A DNA stretch of 64,000 bases, taken from the NCBI GenBank assembly GCA_965240465.1, contig OZ251219.1:1248001-1312000 (forward strand), read 5' to 3'. The DNA comes from a bacterium (GTDB lineage Bacteria > SAR324 > JACQKK01). Below, piece after piece: positions 10,191-20,319 of this stretch (positions are counted from its first letter, which is position 1; each line of letters starts with the position of its first letter). Position numbers and translations under genes: made by a program. The notes beneath the pieces are model-generated. The model saw only the letters and a program-made list of their open reading frames with translations. It made no database searches and was not told where the DNA came from.

Positions 10191-11192
10191 TTACTCCACC
10201 AGCACGCAGCGAGGTTGGATTTGCAATCCAGCTGATGTTTGAATGGCAGTTCCGATAGCGAGGAGGCGTCCTTGTTGATTGAGAGCTTTGAGGGGTTTGT
10301 CAATGGTGAGGTTATCAGGGGTTGTAAAGGGTGTCAGCCTGCCTTGTAGTAGGTGCGGGAGGTTTTCGGGGTTAATTTCCACTGGGGCGTGGTTGGTGAG
10401 GAAGGGGACGGGGTTGAGGATATACTGGCAGGGTGGGGATTTTAGCAGTTCGCTGAGGTTGACGGCTTGTTTGATATTCCATGACGGGCTATCGGAGCCT
10501 ATTGCGGTTCGTTTAAGGGAGGTGAGATGAGCACCTACTTTTAGAGAGGTGCCGATGTCGTTAGCGAGCGAGCGGATGTAAGTTCCAGCACTACAGAGGA
10601 CATCCAGATGCAGGTAGGGGAGTTTGATTTTTTGTACTTCTAGGAGATGGAAGCATACTTTTCGGGTGCGGTGATGTGCTATTTCTCCTTTTCTGGCGAG
10701 TTTATAAGCGGGGATGCCATTTTTTTTCACGGCAGAGAAGTCAGGGGTTTGCTGATTGTGTTCGCCGTGCCAAGCGAGGACTGCGTCGTTTATTTGCTGA
10801 GGAGTGAGGTGATCAGGCGATTTACAGGAAAGCATGGTGCCTTCAGCGTCTAGGGTATCGGTTTGTTCGCCTAGTTTTATGATGGCTTGGTATCGTTTTG
10901 GGAGTTTTTCAAACAGGTGGATGAGTCGGGTGGCATTGCCGATAAACATAACTAGGACTCCCGTAGCTAGGGGGTCGAGCGTGCCTAAGTAGCCGACCCT
11001 GAAACGAGTTTTTGTTTGGCGGATTTTTTTATCGTGGTAGAAGTGCCTTTTCACTTTTTGAAGTACCTGATTAGAAGATAATCCTGGGGGTTTATCTAGC
11101 ACCAGTATGCCCGATGGGACATTTGTGGTGGTGTCAGCAGAATTTGCGACATCAGTTTCAGTTGCAGGTGTGGTGAGCAGAATTTGCGACAT
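10191..11192 (-). CDS. truB: tRNA pseudouridine(55) synthase
   Basis: LDKPPGLSS, GYLGTLDPLATGVL, CSAGTYIRSL. Confidence 0.95.
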   Translation of the reverse strand: MSQILLTTPATETDVANSADTTTNVPSGILVLDKPPGLSSNQVLQKVKRHFYHDKKIRQTKTRFRVGYLGTLDPLATGVLVMFIGNATRLIHLFEKLPKRYQAIIKLGEQTDTLDAEGTMLSCKSPDHLTPQQINDAVLAWHGEHNQQTPDFSAVKKNGIPAYKLARKGEIAHHRTRKVCFHLLEVQKIKLPYLHLDVLCSAGTYIRSLANDIGTSLKVGAHLTSLKRTAIGSDSPSWNIKQAVNLSELLKSPPCQYILNPVPFLTNHAPVEINPENLPHLLQGRLTPFTTPDNLTIDKPLKALNQQGRLLAIGTAIQTSAGLQIQPRCVLVE

Positions 11193-11215
11193 CAGTTTCA
11201 GTTGCAGGTGTGGTG
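11136..11215. repeat. 40-bp direct duplication spanning the truB start
   Basis: agcagaatttgcgacatcagtttcagttgcaggtgtggtg x2. Confidence 0.9.
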
Positions 11216-11237
11216 GTATGCACTGCAGAGGTAGGGG

Positions 11238-11594
11238 TTAATTTTCTTTGGAGATGGGGGAGGATTTTTTGAGTAGGCGATCAATGTTATCGGCATGTGA
11301 GAAGCCAAGGTCGGGGATAAATTGCAGTCGAGGAGTATTGCGGGTATGTAGCGAGCGTCCCAATAAACGACTGAAGAACCCGGCGGCTTGATTAAGGGCT
11401 TTGGCGACATTTTGCAAGTTTTGGGGAGGGTAGCAGCTAAAATGGATTTTAGCGGATGAAACATCTGGGGAAGTTTTAACTCGGCTGATGGTAACGGAGT
11501 TAAAGCGAGGGTCATGGGCTTCCTCTTGCAGCAGCCGTCCCAGTTTATGATGTATCAGCTGAGAAATATGGGCTTGTTTGCGTGATGGGGTCAT
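11238..11594 (-). CDS. rbfA: ribosome-binding factor A
   Basis: DPRF..VTISRV..SPD.S.AK, R.TPRLQF..D; between infB and truB; the ORF-track N-terminal extension is translated repeat. Confidence 0.9.
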   Translation of the reverse strand: MTPSRKQAHISQLIHHKLGRLLQEEAHDPRFNSVTISRVKTSPDVSSAKIHFSCYPPQNLQNVAKALNQAAGFFSRLLGRSLHTRNTPRLQFIPDLGFSHADNIDRLLKKSSPISKEN

Positions 11595-11619
11595 TATCAG
11601 TCTAGAAAGCGACATTGAA

Positions 11620-11807
11620 AAAGGAGCACTGAGAAAGGAGCACTGAGAAAGGAGCACTGAGAAAGGAGCACTGAGAAAGGAGCACTGAGAAAGGAGCACT
11701 GAGAAAGGAGCACTGAGAAAGGAGCACTGAGAAAGGAGCACTGAGAAAGGAGCACTGAGAAAGGAGCACTGAGAAAGGAGCACTGAGAAAGGAACACTGA
11801 GAAAGGA
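11620..11807. repeat. 14-bp tandem repeat x13 (aaaggagcactgag)
   Basis: Near-perfect array between infB and rbfA. Confidence 0.97.
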
Positions 11808-11836
11808 ATATTTATTGGCTTATGTGGTAGCGAGAA

Positions 11837-14365
11837 CTATACCCGAGCTTCTTCTGGAGTTTCTGCTACGGGTTCTGGTTCTTCTGTCTTGAGGATTCTA
11901 CCGCCGCGCTTGAGGGTGGCTTTTTCTTCGGTTTGAATATATGCCTCTAGCATATCGCCGGGTTTAACATCATTTAGTCCTTTCAGTCGGAAGCCACATT
12001 CTACGCCTTGTTTGATGCTGGAAACATCCTCTTTGTTGCGTCTCAAGGAGAGTAAAGAGGCTTCTCCTAGGAGGACATCATCTCGGTATAGACGTAATTT
12101 GGCATTGCGTTCCAGTTTGCCATCTTCCACATTGCCTCCAGCGATGATACTGTCCTTGGATTTGGCAAAGACCTCACGAACCAAGCAACGCCCGACTATT
12201 TGCTCTTTAACAATGGGTTTAAGCAATCCCTCTAAGGCTAGGTGTATGTCATTGGTAAGCTCGTAAATGATATTATAAGTTTTTATGTCTATTTCATCCG
12301 CCCTCGCAGCACTAGCCGCCCGAAAATCGGCCCGTACACTAAATCCGATTACCACCGCGTTGGAAACATTTGCTAGGGATATATCGGCTTGAGTAATTCC
12401 TCCAACTCCACTGCGGACAATTTGCACCGAAACATTCTCATTGCCCTCTTTTTCCAGAGTACCGATGATTGATTCTAACGACCCTTGGGCATCGGCTTTG
12501 AGTACTATATTCAAGGTGCGAGCTTGGTTTTCTGCGACTGGAGTTTCCATGAATGTTTCCAAGCTAATGCGATTGCTAGGTCGCAAGGATGCAGCTCTTT
12601 TACGCTGAGTACGCCAAGTTGCCAACCGAGAAGCATCTTGTTCCGAATCTAAGGTTTGGAACATATCCCCTGCTTCAGGCATGGAGTTATATCCTATTAG
12701 TTTTACTGGAGTGCTAGGTATGGCACGGCTGATTTTTTTTCCTTGGTCGTTATACATGGAACGCACTCTGCCACTGCAAGAACCAGCGACAAAATAATCG
12801 CCAATACTTAGGCATCCTCTTTGTACCAGCACCGAACCTACCACTCCTTTGGTGGAATCCAGATTAGATTCAATCACCACCCCGCTACAAGCACCTTTTG
12901 AGGTGGATTTTAACTCCAGCAATTCTGCCTGTACGTGGATAGATTCCAATAGATCTTCAATACCTTTTCCTGTTTTGGCTGAGATAGCTACCAGCATAGT
13001 TTCGCCCCCGAGTTCTTCCACCACCAATTTATGCTGCAATAGTTGTTGCTTCACCTTGTCTATATCAGCATTAGGCCTGTCAATTTTATTCACCACCACC
13101 ACTATAGGAACCTCAGCAGCTTGTGCATGCTGAATGGCTTCAATGGTTTGAGGCATGATGCCATCATCAGCTGCGACCAATAATGCGACGATGTCGGTCA
13201 CACGGGCGCCTCGCTGACGCAGAGAGGTAAAGGCTTCATGGCCTGGGGTATCCAGAAACACCATGGGACCGAATTTACTTTTCACCCAATAAGCTCCGAT
13301 ATGCTGGGTGATGCCGCCAGCTTCTTTGGAGGCAATTTGGCTGGTGCGGATTTTATCCAGCAAGGTAGTTTTTCCGTGATCCACATGCCCCATGATGGTA
13401 ATGATCGGAGGGCGATATTCCAGTTGCTCGGTGGGGATGTCTTCCATTTTCAAAATATCTTCCATGCTGGAAGTATCCACTTCTACTTGTACTCCGTATT
13501 CCGAAGCCACTAATTCGGCAGTTGAGCCATCAATGAAATCGTTCATGGTAGCGGTTATTTCTAGTTCCAGCAGTTTTTTGATGATTTGAGCTCCCTTGAT
13601 GCCTATCAGGCTAGCGAGTTTGGAAACTGTGATGGTATCGCTCAATTTGATAGCTTTTTGTCTGGGTTTGAAGGTATGTTTTTCTTCTGAGGTTGCGATT
13701 CTTTTATGTTTTATGGTGTGCCTAGGACGTCTGGGACGCACCCATCCTTCGTGCTGTAGGAAATCCAAATCGCGGGCATTACCGCGTACGTCTCGCCATT
13801 CTGGGCTTTCGGTGATTTCGGGTCTTTTGTGATCGCTGCGTTTTTCCCGTCGTCGGGCGGGTTTTTCGTCATCGGGGGTTATTTTTTTATCTTCTGGAGT
13901 GGTTTCAGTTTGGGCGGTGGATTTATCTGTTTGGTTTGTTTGAGCGGGGCTAGTTTCTGTTTGTGGCGAGGCGGCATCATTTTTTATTTGTTCCTCGGGT
14001 TGCTCTGGAGGTTCTGTGGTGGGGATAATTTCTTCTTTTTGGGTTTCCACACGATGTACTTCGCCGGTAGAACTTATTGAGACCAACCTACGCCGTACTT
14101 TGGGTTGTTCGGTGTTTGCTATTTCTTCATCGGGTGTGGGCTGGACGGCTTTGGCGGTGGTTTCTGCGGTAGTTTTTATGGTGGTTTTGGAGGTGATTTT
14201 TGTTACTAGTTGGGGGGATTTTTTTAGTTGTTCTCTAATATCTTTGACTGTTTTATCACTTAGTATTTGAAATATACCAGTAGCTTCCAGTCCCCATTTT
14301 TTTGTCAATGCCAGCAAATCATTGCTGTGCATGTTGATATCTCTAGCCAGTTCAAACAGTTTCAT
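11837..14365 (-). CDS. infB: translation initiation factor IF-2
   Basis: GHVDHGKTTLLD, DTPGHEAF, NKID. Confidence 0.98.
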   Translation of the reverse strand: MKLFELARDINMHSNDLLALTKKWGLEATGIFQILSDKTVKDIREQLKKSPQLVTKITSKTTIKTTAETTAKAVQPTPDEEIANTEQPKVRRRLVSISSTGEVHRVETQKEEIIPTTEPPEQPEEQIKNDAASPQTETSPAQTNQTDKSTAQTETTPEDKKITPDDEKPARRREKRSDHKRPEITESPEWRDVRGNARDLDFLQHEGWVRPRRPRHTIKHKRIATSEEKHTFKPRQKAIKLSDTITVSKLASLIGIKGAQIIKKLLELEITATMNDFIDGSTAELVASEYGVQVEVDTSSMEDILKMEDIPTEQLEYRPPIITIMGHVDHGKTTLLDKIRTSQIASKEAGGITQHIGAYWVKSKFGPMVFLDTPGHEAFTSLRQRGARVTDIVALLVAADDGIMPQTIEAIQHAQAAEVPIVVVVNKIDRPNADIDKVKQQLLQHKLVVEELGGETMLVAISAKTGKGIEDLLESIHVQAELLELKSTSKGACSGVVIESNLDSTKGVVGSVLVQRGCLSIGDYFVAGSCSGRVRSMYNDQGKKISRAIPSTPVKLIGYNSMPEAGDMFQTLDSEQDASRLATWRTQRKRAASLRPSNRISLETFMETPVAENQARTLNIVLKADAQGSLESIIGTLEKEGNENVSVQIVRSGVGGITQADISLANVSNAVVIGFSVRADFRAASAARADEIDIKTYNIIYELTNDIHLALEGLLKPIVKEQIVGRCLVREVFAKSKDSIIAGGNVEDGKLERNAKLRLYRDDVLLGEASLLSLRRNKEDVSSIKQGVECGFRLKGLNDVKPGDMLEAYIQTEEKATLKRGGRILKTEEPEPVAETPEEARV

Positions 14366-14440
14366 GGACTTTACAACAAGGGATAGGGGGGGCTAACAAG
14401 AGGAAGAATTATCGCAGGGGAGGGGGGAGGGGGGGGGGGG

Positions 14441-16192
14441 TTAGTCTGTGGCGGGGACTTCTTCAGTTTTTTTTGCGGTGCCTTCTTCAGTGCCTTCTTT
14501 AGAGCTTTGTGCAGGGATTTCTTCAGTGCCTTCTTTAGAGCTTTGTGCAGGGATTTCTTCAGTGCCTTCTTTAGAGCTTTGTGCAGGGATTTCTTCAGTG
14601 CCTTCTTCAGTGCCTTCTTCAGTGCTTTGTGCGGGGATTTCTTCAGTGCCTTCTTTAGAGCTTTGAGCAGGGATTTCTTCAGTGCCTTCTTTAGAGCTTT
14701 GAGCAGGGATTTCTTCAGTGCCTTCTTTAGAGCTTTGTGCAGGGATTTCTTCAGTGCCTTCTTTAGAGCTTTGTGCAGGGATTTCTTCAGTGCCTTCTTC
14801 AGTGCCTTCTTCAGTGCTTTTTGCAGGGATTTCTTCAGTGCCTTCTTCAGTGCCTTCTTTAGAGCTCTGTGCGGTGCCTTCTTTAGTGCCTTCTTTAGTG
14901 CCTTCTTTAGAGCTTTGTGCAGGGATTTCTTCAGTGCCTTCTTTAGAGCTTTGTGCGGGGATTTCTTCAGTGCCTTCTTTAGAGCTTTTTGCAGGGATTT
15001 CTTCAGTGCCTTTTTTAGAGCTTTGTGCAGTCTGCTCTGGATCCTGGGATTTATTTAGGTTATTTTTATTATCTTTTTGATTAAGTTCTGATTGTTTATC
15101 CAGTTCGGCTTGTGAAGCGAGCAGGCGTTCTCTGATTTGTGCTTCTATGCTGAGGGTTTGGTCTACGGTGGAGGAGATGTTTATTTTTTTATTGAGCAGT
15201 TTGGAAGCCAAGCGAACATTTTGTCCTTGCCGACCAATGGCGAGCGATAGTTGTTCTGGTTCTACCTGAACATCTATTTCTTCACTTTCCTCGTTGAATT
15301 TCACTCGGCTCAGTTCAGCAGGTGCGAGGGCGTTGGCTAGGTAGATAAGGGGATCTTCGCTGTATTGGACGATGTCTATTTTTTCGCCTCGCAGTTCATT
15401 TACGATTGATTGTACTCGGGAGCCTCTCATACCCACGCAGGCTCCTACGGGATCGACATCGGAGTCATTGGAACGTACGGCTACTTTGGCACGTTTGCCG
15501 GGTTCTCGTGCGGCTAGGACTATTTCCACCACGTTGTCATAGATTTCGGGTACTTCAGTTTCAAACAGCTTCATCAGCAGACTGGGATGGGATCGCGAAA
15601 CCACTAATTGAGCTGGTTCTTTGGGATCGTTGCGTACTTCCAGCAAAATCACGCGGATGTGGTCTCCGCTGGAGTATCTTTCGGTAGGAATTTGTTCTCT
15701 GGGGTATAGAATGGCTTCTGTCTGGTTGAAATTAATATAAGTGCGACCGCGTTCACTACGGCTAATTACCCCATTGATTATATCCCCTATCCGATTCTTA
15801 AATTTTTCGTAGATGAATTCGCGTTCGGCTTCACGCACCTTTTGAAATACCATGTGACGAGCAGTTTGGGCGATTACTTTGCGTAGATCTTCGTTATCTA
15901 TTTCGTATTCCACCACATCTCCCAGTTGAGCGGAGTCGTCTAGGGATTTGGCTTCTTGCAGAGAAAGATTATTATCGGGGTCATCGGATTCTTCTACTAC
16001 GGTTTTGTAGTGAAAGACCTCCAAGGAGCCAGTATTTTGGTTAATGCGAGTTTCTAGATCGTTATACTGGGAAAACTTGCGTTTGGCAGCCAGGGTGATG
16101 GCTTCTTGAACGACCTGTATCAGACGATCTTTGTTAATTCCCTTAGCGTAGGAAATATCACTAAGGGCTTTAAGCAGTTCTTCTTGTTGCAT
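14441..16192 (-). CDS. nusA: transcription factor NusA with long acidic repeat tail
   Basis: S1/KH motifs (AREPGKRAKVAV, DPVGACVGMRGSRV, AIGRQGQNVRLA); C-terminal EGTEEIPAQSSK repeats. Confidence 0.96.
   Translation of the reverse strand: MQQEELLKALSDISYAKGINKDRLIQVVQEAITLAAKRKFSQYNDLETRINQNTGSLEVFHYKTVVEESDDPDNNLSLQEAKSLDDSAQLGDVVEYEIDNEDLRKVIAQTARHMVFQKVREAEREFIYEKFKNRIGDIINGVISRSERGRTYINFNQTEAILYPREQIPTERYSSGDHIRVILLEVRNDPKEPAQLVVSRSHPSLLMKLFETEVPEIYDNVVEIVLAAREPGKRAKVAVRSNDSDVDPVGACVGMRGSRVQSIVNELRGEKIDIVQYSEDPLIYLANALAPAELSRVKFNEESEEIDVQVEPEQLSLAIGRQGQNVRLASKLLNKKINISSTVDQTLSIEAQIRERLLASQAELDKQSELNQKDNKNNLNKSQDPEQTAQSSKKGTEEIPAKSSKEGTEEIPAQSSKEGTEEIPAQSSKEGTKEGTKEGTAQSSKEGTEEGTEEIPAKSTEEGTEEGTEEIPAQSSKEGTEEIPAQSSKEGTEEIPAQSSKEGTEEIPAQSSKEGTEEIPAQSTEEGTEEGTEEIPAQSSKEGTEEIPAQSSKEGTEEIPAQSSKEGTEEGTAKKTEEVPATD
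14450..15030. repeat. in-frame 36/12-bp repeat array in nusA 3' end
   Basis: cagtgccttctttagagctttgtgcagggatttctt units plus 12-bp subunits. Confidence 0.95.
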
Positions 16193-16267
16193 ATGGCGGT
16201 GTGTTCCTTAAAAGGAAAAAAACTTGTTGATGATTACATAAATAATTAATAAAAGGCACAAAATCAA

Positions 16268-16334
16268 GGACTAATGACACGTCCTAATGATATGTCCTAT
16301 ATTACACGGACTAATGACACGGACTAATGACACG
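16268..16334. repeat. degenerate 13-bp repeat (ggactaatgacac) at rimP stop
   Basis: Read directly. Confidence 0.8.
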
Positions 16335-16913
16335 TTAGTGATAGTCCAACTTGGGTTCTAAGTGGGCAGTATGTACCTTTTCTAGAGGGATGATTAGGGT
16401 TTCTGTGGTTACTCTCAGGTGAAGCAGATTTTCTTGTACATTCTCAATTATTCCTGTTTGGACAGGCTGCATGGTCTTATCACAGCCAGAATTGCGAGCC
16501 CATTCAGTGTCTAAGAATATCTTGGCTCTCTTGCCGATTGATTGCACAAAATGACCCACTTGACGCAAACGACGAAATAATCCAGGTGAAGTGACCTCCA
16601 AACGATAACTCCCCTGCACTAAATCCTCCACATCCAAAAAACGACCAACCAGCTCACTCACCTTACTACAATCTTTCAAGCCGATTCCGTCATCTTTGTC
16701 AATCATAACGCGTACTACCGTCCTACGCGTTCTGACAAACTGCACTTCCAGCAATTGATACCCTAATCCAGCTATTGGCTCAGTCAGCAAGGTTTTGGCG
16801 GTTTCCTCCAGCGAAACCGTAGGAGCTGCTTGAGGATCACGACAATCTGAAGCAGACACAGGGGAAGAATCAGGCAGTTTTTCCATGGCAGAACTGAAAG
16901 TACTAGAAGACAT
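16335..16913 (-). CDS. rimP: ribosome maturation factor RimP
   Basis: DKDDGIGLKDCSKVS, YRLEVTSPG..R; upstream of nusA. Confidence 0.92.
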   Translation of the reverse strand: MSSSTFSSAMEKLPDSSPVSASDCRDPQAAPTVSLEETAKTLLTEPIAGLGYQLLEVQFVRTRRTVVRVMIDKDDGIGLKDCSKVSELVGRFLDVEDLVQGSYRLEVTSPGLFRRLRQVGHFVQSIGKRAKIFLDTEWARNSGCDKTMQPVQTGIIENVQENLLHLRVTTETLIIPLEKVHTAHLEPKLDYH

Positions 16914-17011
16914 CTTTTTGTTTTTATATCAGCGGACAATACAGGGTACCTTAACCCTCAGCAATATGCCCGAACTGGAAACAATCTTTATCTTCCACCC
17001 ATACCTGTAAA

Positions 17012-17209
17012 AAAAGAATTCTGCAAGCCAAAAGAGTTTGGCGAGCCAAAAGAGTTCTGCAAGCCAAAAGAATTCGGCAAGCCAAAAGAATCTGGCAAGC
17101 CAGAAGAATCTGGCAAGCCAAAAGAATCTGGCAAGCCAAAAGAATCTGGCAAGCCAAAAGAATCTGGCAAGCCAAAAGAGTTCTGCAAGCCAGAAGAATT
17201 CGGCAAACC
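17012..17209. repeat. 18-bp tandem repeat x11 (aaaagaatctggcaagcc)
   Basis: Read directly. Confidence 0.95.
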
Positions 17210-17212
17210 CTC

Positions 17213-17941
17213 CTACTCAGCTATAAATTTATTTACCAGCAAGATCAGAAATGCCAATAAGTTAAATCCCGCATGAAAGAAAATGGGCGACCAAAGAGAT
17301 TTATGGCGTTCACGCAAATAGCAAAGAATTAAGCTGGCTACAAAAATAACTATTATCGCAGGCCAATACAGCCCAAAAGATAATATATGCAAAATAGCAA
17401 ATATCAGGCTCACCAGCACCACGGTTAACGGAAAAGAAAACCTGCTGCGAAGTGACCCTTGTAACAAACCTCTAAAAAGAGTTTCCTCCAGTAAGGGTGC
17501 CATCAATACCACTGCCAAAGCAACCAAAATGGTCTCTAATAGCCCTTGCTCCATCAGCTGTTTGATCGGATTGATAGGCGGCAAAGGCAAGGGTAAAAAA
17601 TATGTCATCCCAACTAATAGCAAGGATAATAACAAATGTACCGCCATCCCCGCTAATATCAGCCACGCACTGGTACGCCTAAAATTGATAAATCCCACCC
17701 GAACCCTTGCTCCTTTATAAGAAAGAATCTTCCACAGCATCCCCCAAGTGATCAAATGAGTGAACATCAACGGTAACAAGGTGTTTCTCAGCGATATCAG
17801 CTCTCCGTTGGGCAATACAATGGCAACCAACAATGAAGAAAAAACAGTCGCTAATAACCATACCACCAGAACCACGGTAGTCAGTAACCAATCGGGGCGA
17901 GTTATATCTGTGGTGCGGTTAGAGAATCTACGGTTCTGCAA
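17213..17941 (-). CDS. CPBP (CAAX/Abi) family intramembrane metalloprotease
   Basis: APLLEETLFRG, FAILH, FHAGFN motifs; multi-TM. Confidence 0.9.
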   Translation of the reverse strand: MQNRRFSNRTTDITRPDWLLTTVVLVVWLLATVFSSLLVAIVLPNGELISLRNTLLPLMFTHLITWGMLWKILSYKGARVRVGFINFRRTSAWLILAGMAVHLLLSLLLVGMTYFLPLPLPPINPIKQLMEQGLLETILVALAVVLMAPLLEETLFRGLLQGSLRSRFSFPLTVVLVSLIFAILHILSFGLYWPAIIVIFVASLILCYLRERHKSLWSPIFFHAGFNLLAFLILLVNKFIAE

Positions 17942-17957
17942 TATGATGGCGTCTTAA

Positions 17958-18042
17958 CTAATTGAAACAACGGGTGAAGCAACTGGCTAATTGAAGCGAA
18001 GCAACTGGCTAATTGAAGCAATGGGCTATTGAAGCAATGGGG
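17958..18042. repeat. degenerate repeat (gaagcaactggctaatt / attgaagcaatggg)
   Basis: Read directly. Confidence 0.65.
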
Positions 18043-18141
18043 ATGTCAAAGGCGAAATAGAACCAAGCGGAAGATGGCTACATCAGTCAACCCTCAGTGG
18101 CTTAAGTTATTGCGATGAGCCGATGCACGGTGATATGGATG

Positions 18142-19047
18142 CTAGGAAGTGACTTGTTGGTCATAGATTTTCATATAATCCTTGCAGACATGTTTTGGGT
18201 CCAGCCCTACGGTATCGCAAATGAGTGCCAAAAAGCCTCTGACATAGATTCTGGAAGGCAAAGCACGAAAATCTTCTTTTTCCAAGCAGTCTAGGTAGGT
18301 GTAGCGGATTTTTGTTTCTTCTGCCATGCCAGCCAAGCTGTAGCCACAGGCTTCGCGAGCTCGTTTAAGTGTTTCTCCGTTAAAGGTTTGTCCTGGTTCT
18401 AACAGGTTGCCGAGTTGTTCTTTTTGTTTGATAAGATGGGATTTGCTCCTCAGATTATCAGCTTCGGATCTAGCTGCATGATACCGCAAGGAGATACTGC
18501 CAGAATCTATGGTACTGGGCTTATGGGCGATATTTTTGGTTGGTTTCTTTTTGGGTTCTGCAAAGAAAACGCGGGGACTAGGAATAGATTCAGCTTGAGA
18601 AAAAGTGCTTGGTACATCGGGAGCAATACTGCGAGAAGCATTGGCAATAGCAACACTGCGAGAAGCATTGGCGTGGAAAGCATCGGTACGGGAACCGTTA
18701 GTACGGGAGCCATTGACATGATGTTTCTCACTGGCAGGGGAAACACTATGATAACCATTAGCAGGGGGTATATGATTTTCATCGGGGTTATCGGCGATGC
18801 TATTTTGTGACATTTTGGCATCGTACGCTTGGCGTAGTTTGGGGTCGCTCAAGGTATAGAAGGCTTCTGATATCAGGCTAAAGACCTCGTGGGTTTCTTT
18901 GTCATTGAAGAGGGAATAGGTAGCAAGCGAGTGACCTTGGAAGGTTTCTTTAGAAATTTCATAAGCACGTTGGATTTCTTTCATGCTGGCGTTGCATGGG
19001 ACACTTAGAAGTTCATAGTAATTTTTTTCTTGCAAACCTGATAGCAT
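18142..19047 (-). CDS. J-domain-like N-terminus plus RodZ-type HTH C-terminus protein
   Basis: NYYELLSV...EIQRAY...LSDPKLRQAYD; GETLKRARE...LEKEDF..LP...YVRGFL. Confidence 0.8.
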   Translation of the reverse strand: MLSGLQEKNYYELLSVPCNASMKEIQRAYEISKETFQGHSLATYSLFNDKETHEVFSLISEAFYTLSDPKLRQAYDAKMSQNSIADNPDENHIPPANGYHSVSPASEKHHVNGSRTNGSRTDAFHANASRSVAIANASRSIAPDVPSTFSQAESIPSPRVFFAEPKKKPTKNIAHKPSTIDSGSISLRYHAARSEADNLRSKSHLIKQKEQLGNLLEPGQTFNGETLKRAREACGYSLAGMAEETKIRYTYLDCLEKEDFRALPSRIYVRGFLALICDTVGLDPKHVCKDYMKIYDQQVTS

Positions 19048-19171
19048 GGGCGTTTTTGTTCAACTAATATAAAGGAAGAAGATAAAAGTAAAGGAATCGT
19101 ATTAAACTCACAATCTCTAATTTATAACATATTAAATATAGATTTTCCAATATAAATAATAATAAAAAAGC

Positions 19172-20143
19172 TTACATTTGTGGGGATCTGTTATCGTAGC
19201 TGGCAGGGGTAGGATCCTGATACTTTGTTAAGGGCGTGTTTTGGATAAGGTTGCGAGCGATTTGTCCAATTAGTTGCGAAGTACGGCTGTGCTGGTGGGT
19301 AGACATAAAGGGCTTGCAACTACGGATGGTTTTCCAGACTAAGTCATCGTTGTATAGGTGACCGATAAAGGTAGCTCTGACTCCGAAAAATTTCTCACAA
19401 GCCATTTGCATAGAATAGCCGACCCGTAAATCCGATTCTGAACGTACTTGGTTCAGCACAATTAGAGGTTGAAATCTGCGTATTAGGTTATCCATGGTAG
19501 CACTTATGCGATAATCGGTACGCTTGATGTATTCTATTAAATCCAACGGCGAACGAATGCCTAGATCATTTTTCATATCCATGGCACGTTCAATGATAGC
19601 ACGTACTCTGGAATCGGTACTGATCATTTTTAGATGGCGGTATAAGGAGCTTTTAATAAAGCGGTAGGCGTTTTCAATTGAGGTTGGCTCGGGAAGAACC
19701 ACTAGTACGCCCTTGTCTGCGATAAGGAAGAAATCCAAAGTATTGTTATTGGTGCCTGCCCCGAGGTCTAGAATAACATAGTCCACATCAATGGTTTGCA
19801 GGGAACGCAACAGACGCATCTTTTGAGTGTACTTTGGGTTAGCGATTCCTAGGAAATCTTGGGCTCCGCTGATAAGCATCAGATTTGGCTGATGAGTGGG
19901 CGTCATTACGTCTTCGAGATTGGCATTGGTGTTGTATAGGAAGTCAGAAAGGGTTTTATCGGGGGTGGGAATGCCTAAACAGGTATGTAAATTAGCACCG
20001 CCTAGGTCTGCATCCACCAGTACTACTCGGTGATTATTTTGGGCCAAGAAGGTCCCCAAATTACTGGCTATCAGACTTTTTCCCACCCCACCTTTTCCTC
20101 CTCCGATAGCAATAATTTCTTTTGATTTGATTATATTGCCCAA
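19172..20143 (-). CDS. MinD/FlhG-family P-loop ATPase
   Basis: GGKGGVGKS deviant Walker A, VDADLGGANLH, LDLGAG, PEPTSIENAY. Confidence 0.9.
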   Translation of the reverse strand: MGNIIKSKEIIAIGGGKGGVGKSLIASNLGTFLAQNNHRVVLVDADLGGANLHTCLGIPTPDKTLSDFLYNTNANLEDVMTPTHQPNLMLISGAQDFLGIANPKYTQKMRLLRSLQTIDVDYVILDLGAGTNNNTLDFFLIADKGVLVVLPEPTSIENAYRFIKSSLYRHLKMISTDSRVRAIIERAMDMKNDLGIRSPLDLIEYIKRTDYRISATMDNLIRRFQPLIVLNQVRSESDLRVGYSMQMACEKFFGVRATFIGHLYNDDLVWKTIRSCKPFMSTHQHSRTSQLIGQIARNLIQNTPLTKYQDPTPASYDNRSPQM

Positions 20144-20319
20144 TATCAGCTCCTCAATTTGTCACACTTCGAGCTTATCGCATTCTGAGATACTTTGACA
20201 GACTAACTTCATTATAAGTTTTCAACTGCAGATTAGCAATAGCAAAGCAATATTCCAGCCATTATAGACCTCAATTTCATATAACAGCCAAAATAAATTA
20301 AGGTAAGGCATGCCAACGA

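Noticed and set aside
11597-11797. Repeat-encoded ORF and the long N-terminal extension of rbfA
   Set aside because: Translation of a stop-free 14-bp array; RbfA similarity begins near 11594.
14448-15080. Plus-strand ORFs (CRDFFSAFFRAL etc.)
   Set aside because: Antisense shadows of the nusA repeat tail.
16951-17226. Three repeat-peptide ORFs (LACQIL, GLPDSF, ASQKNL)
   Set aside because: Open only because the 18-bp unit lacks stops in those frames; no SD or other coding support.
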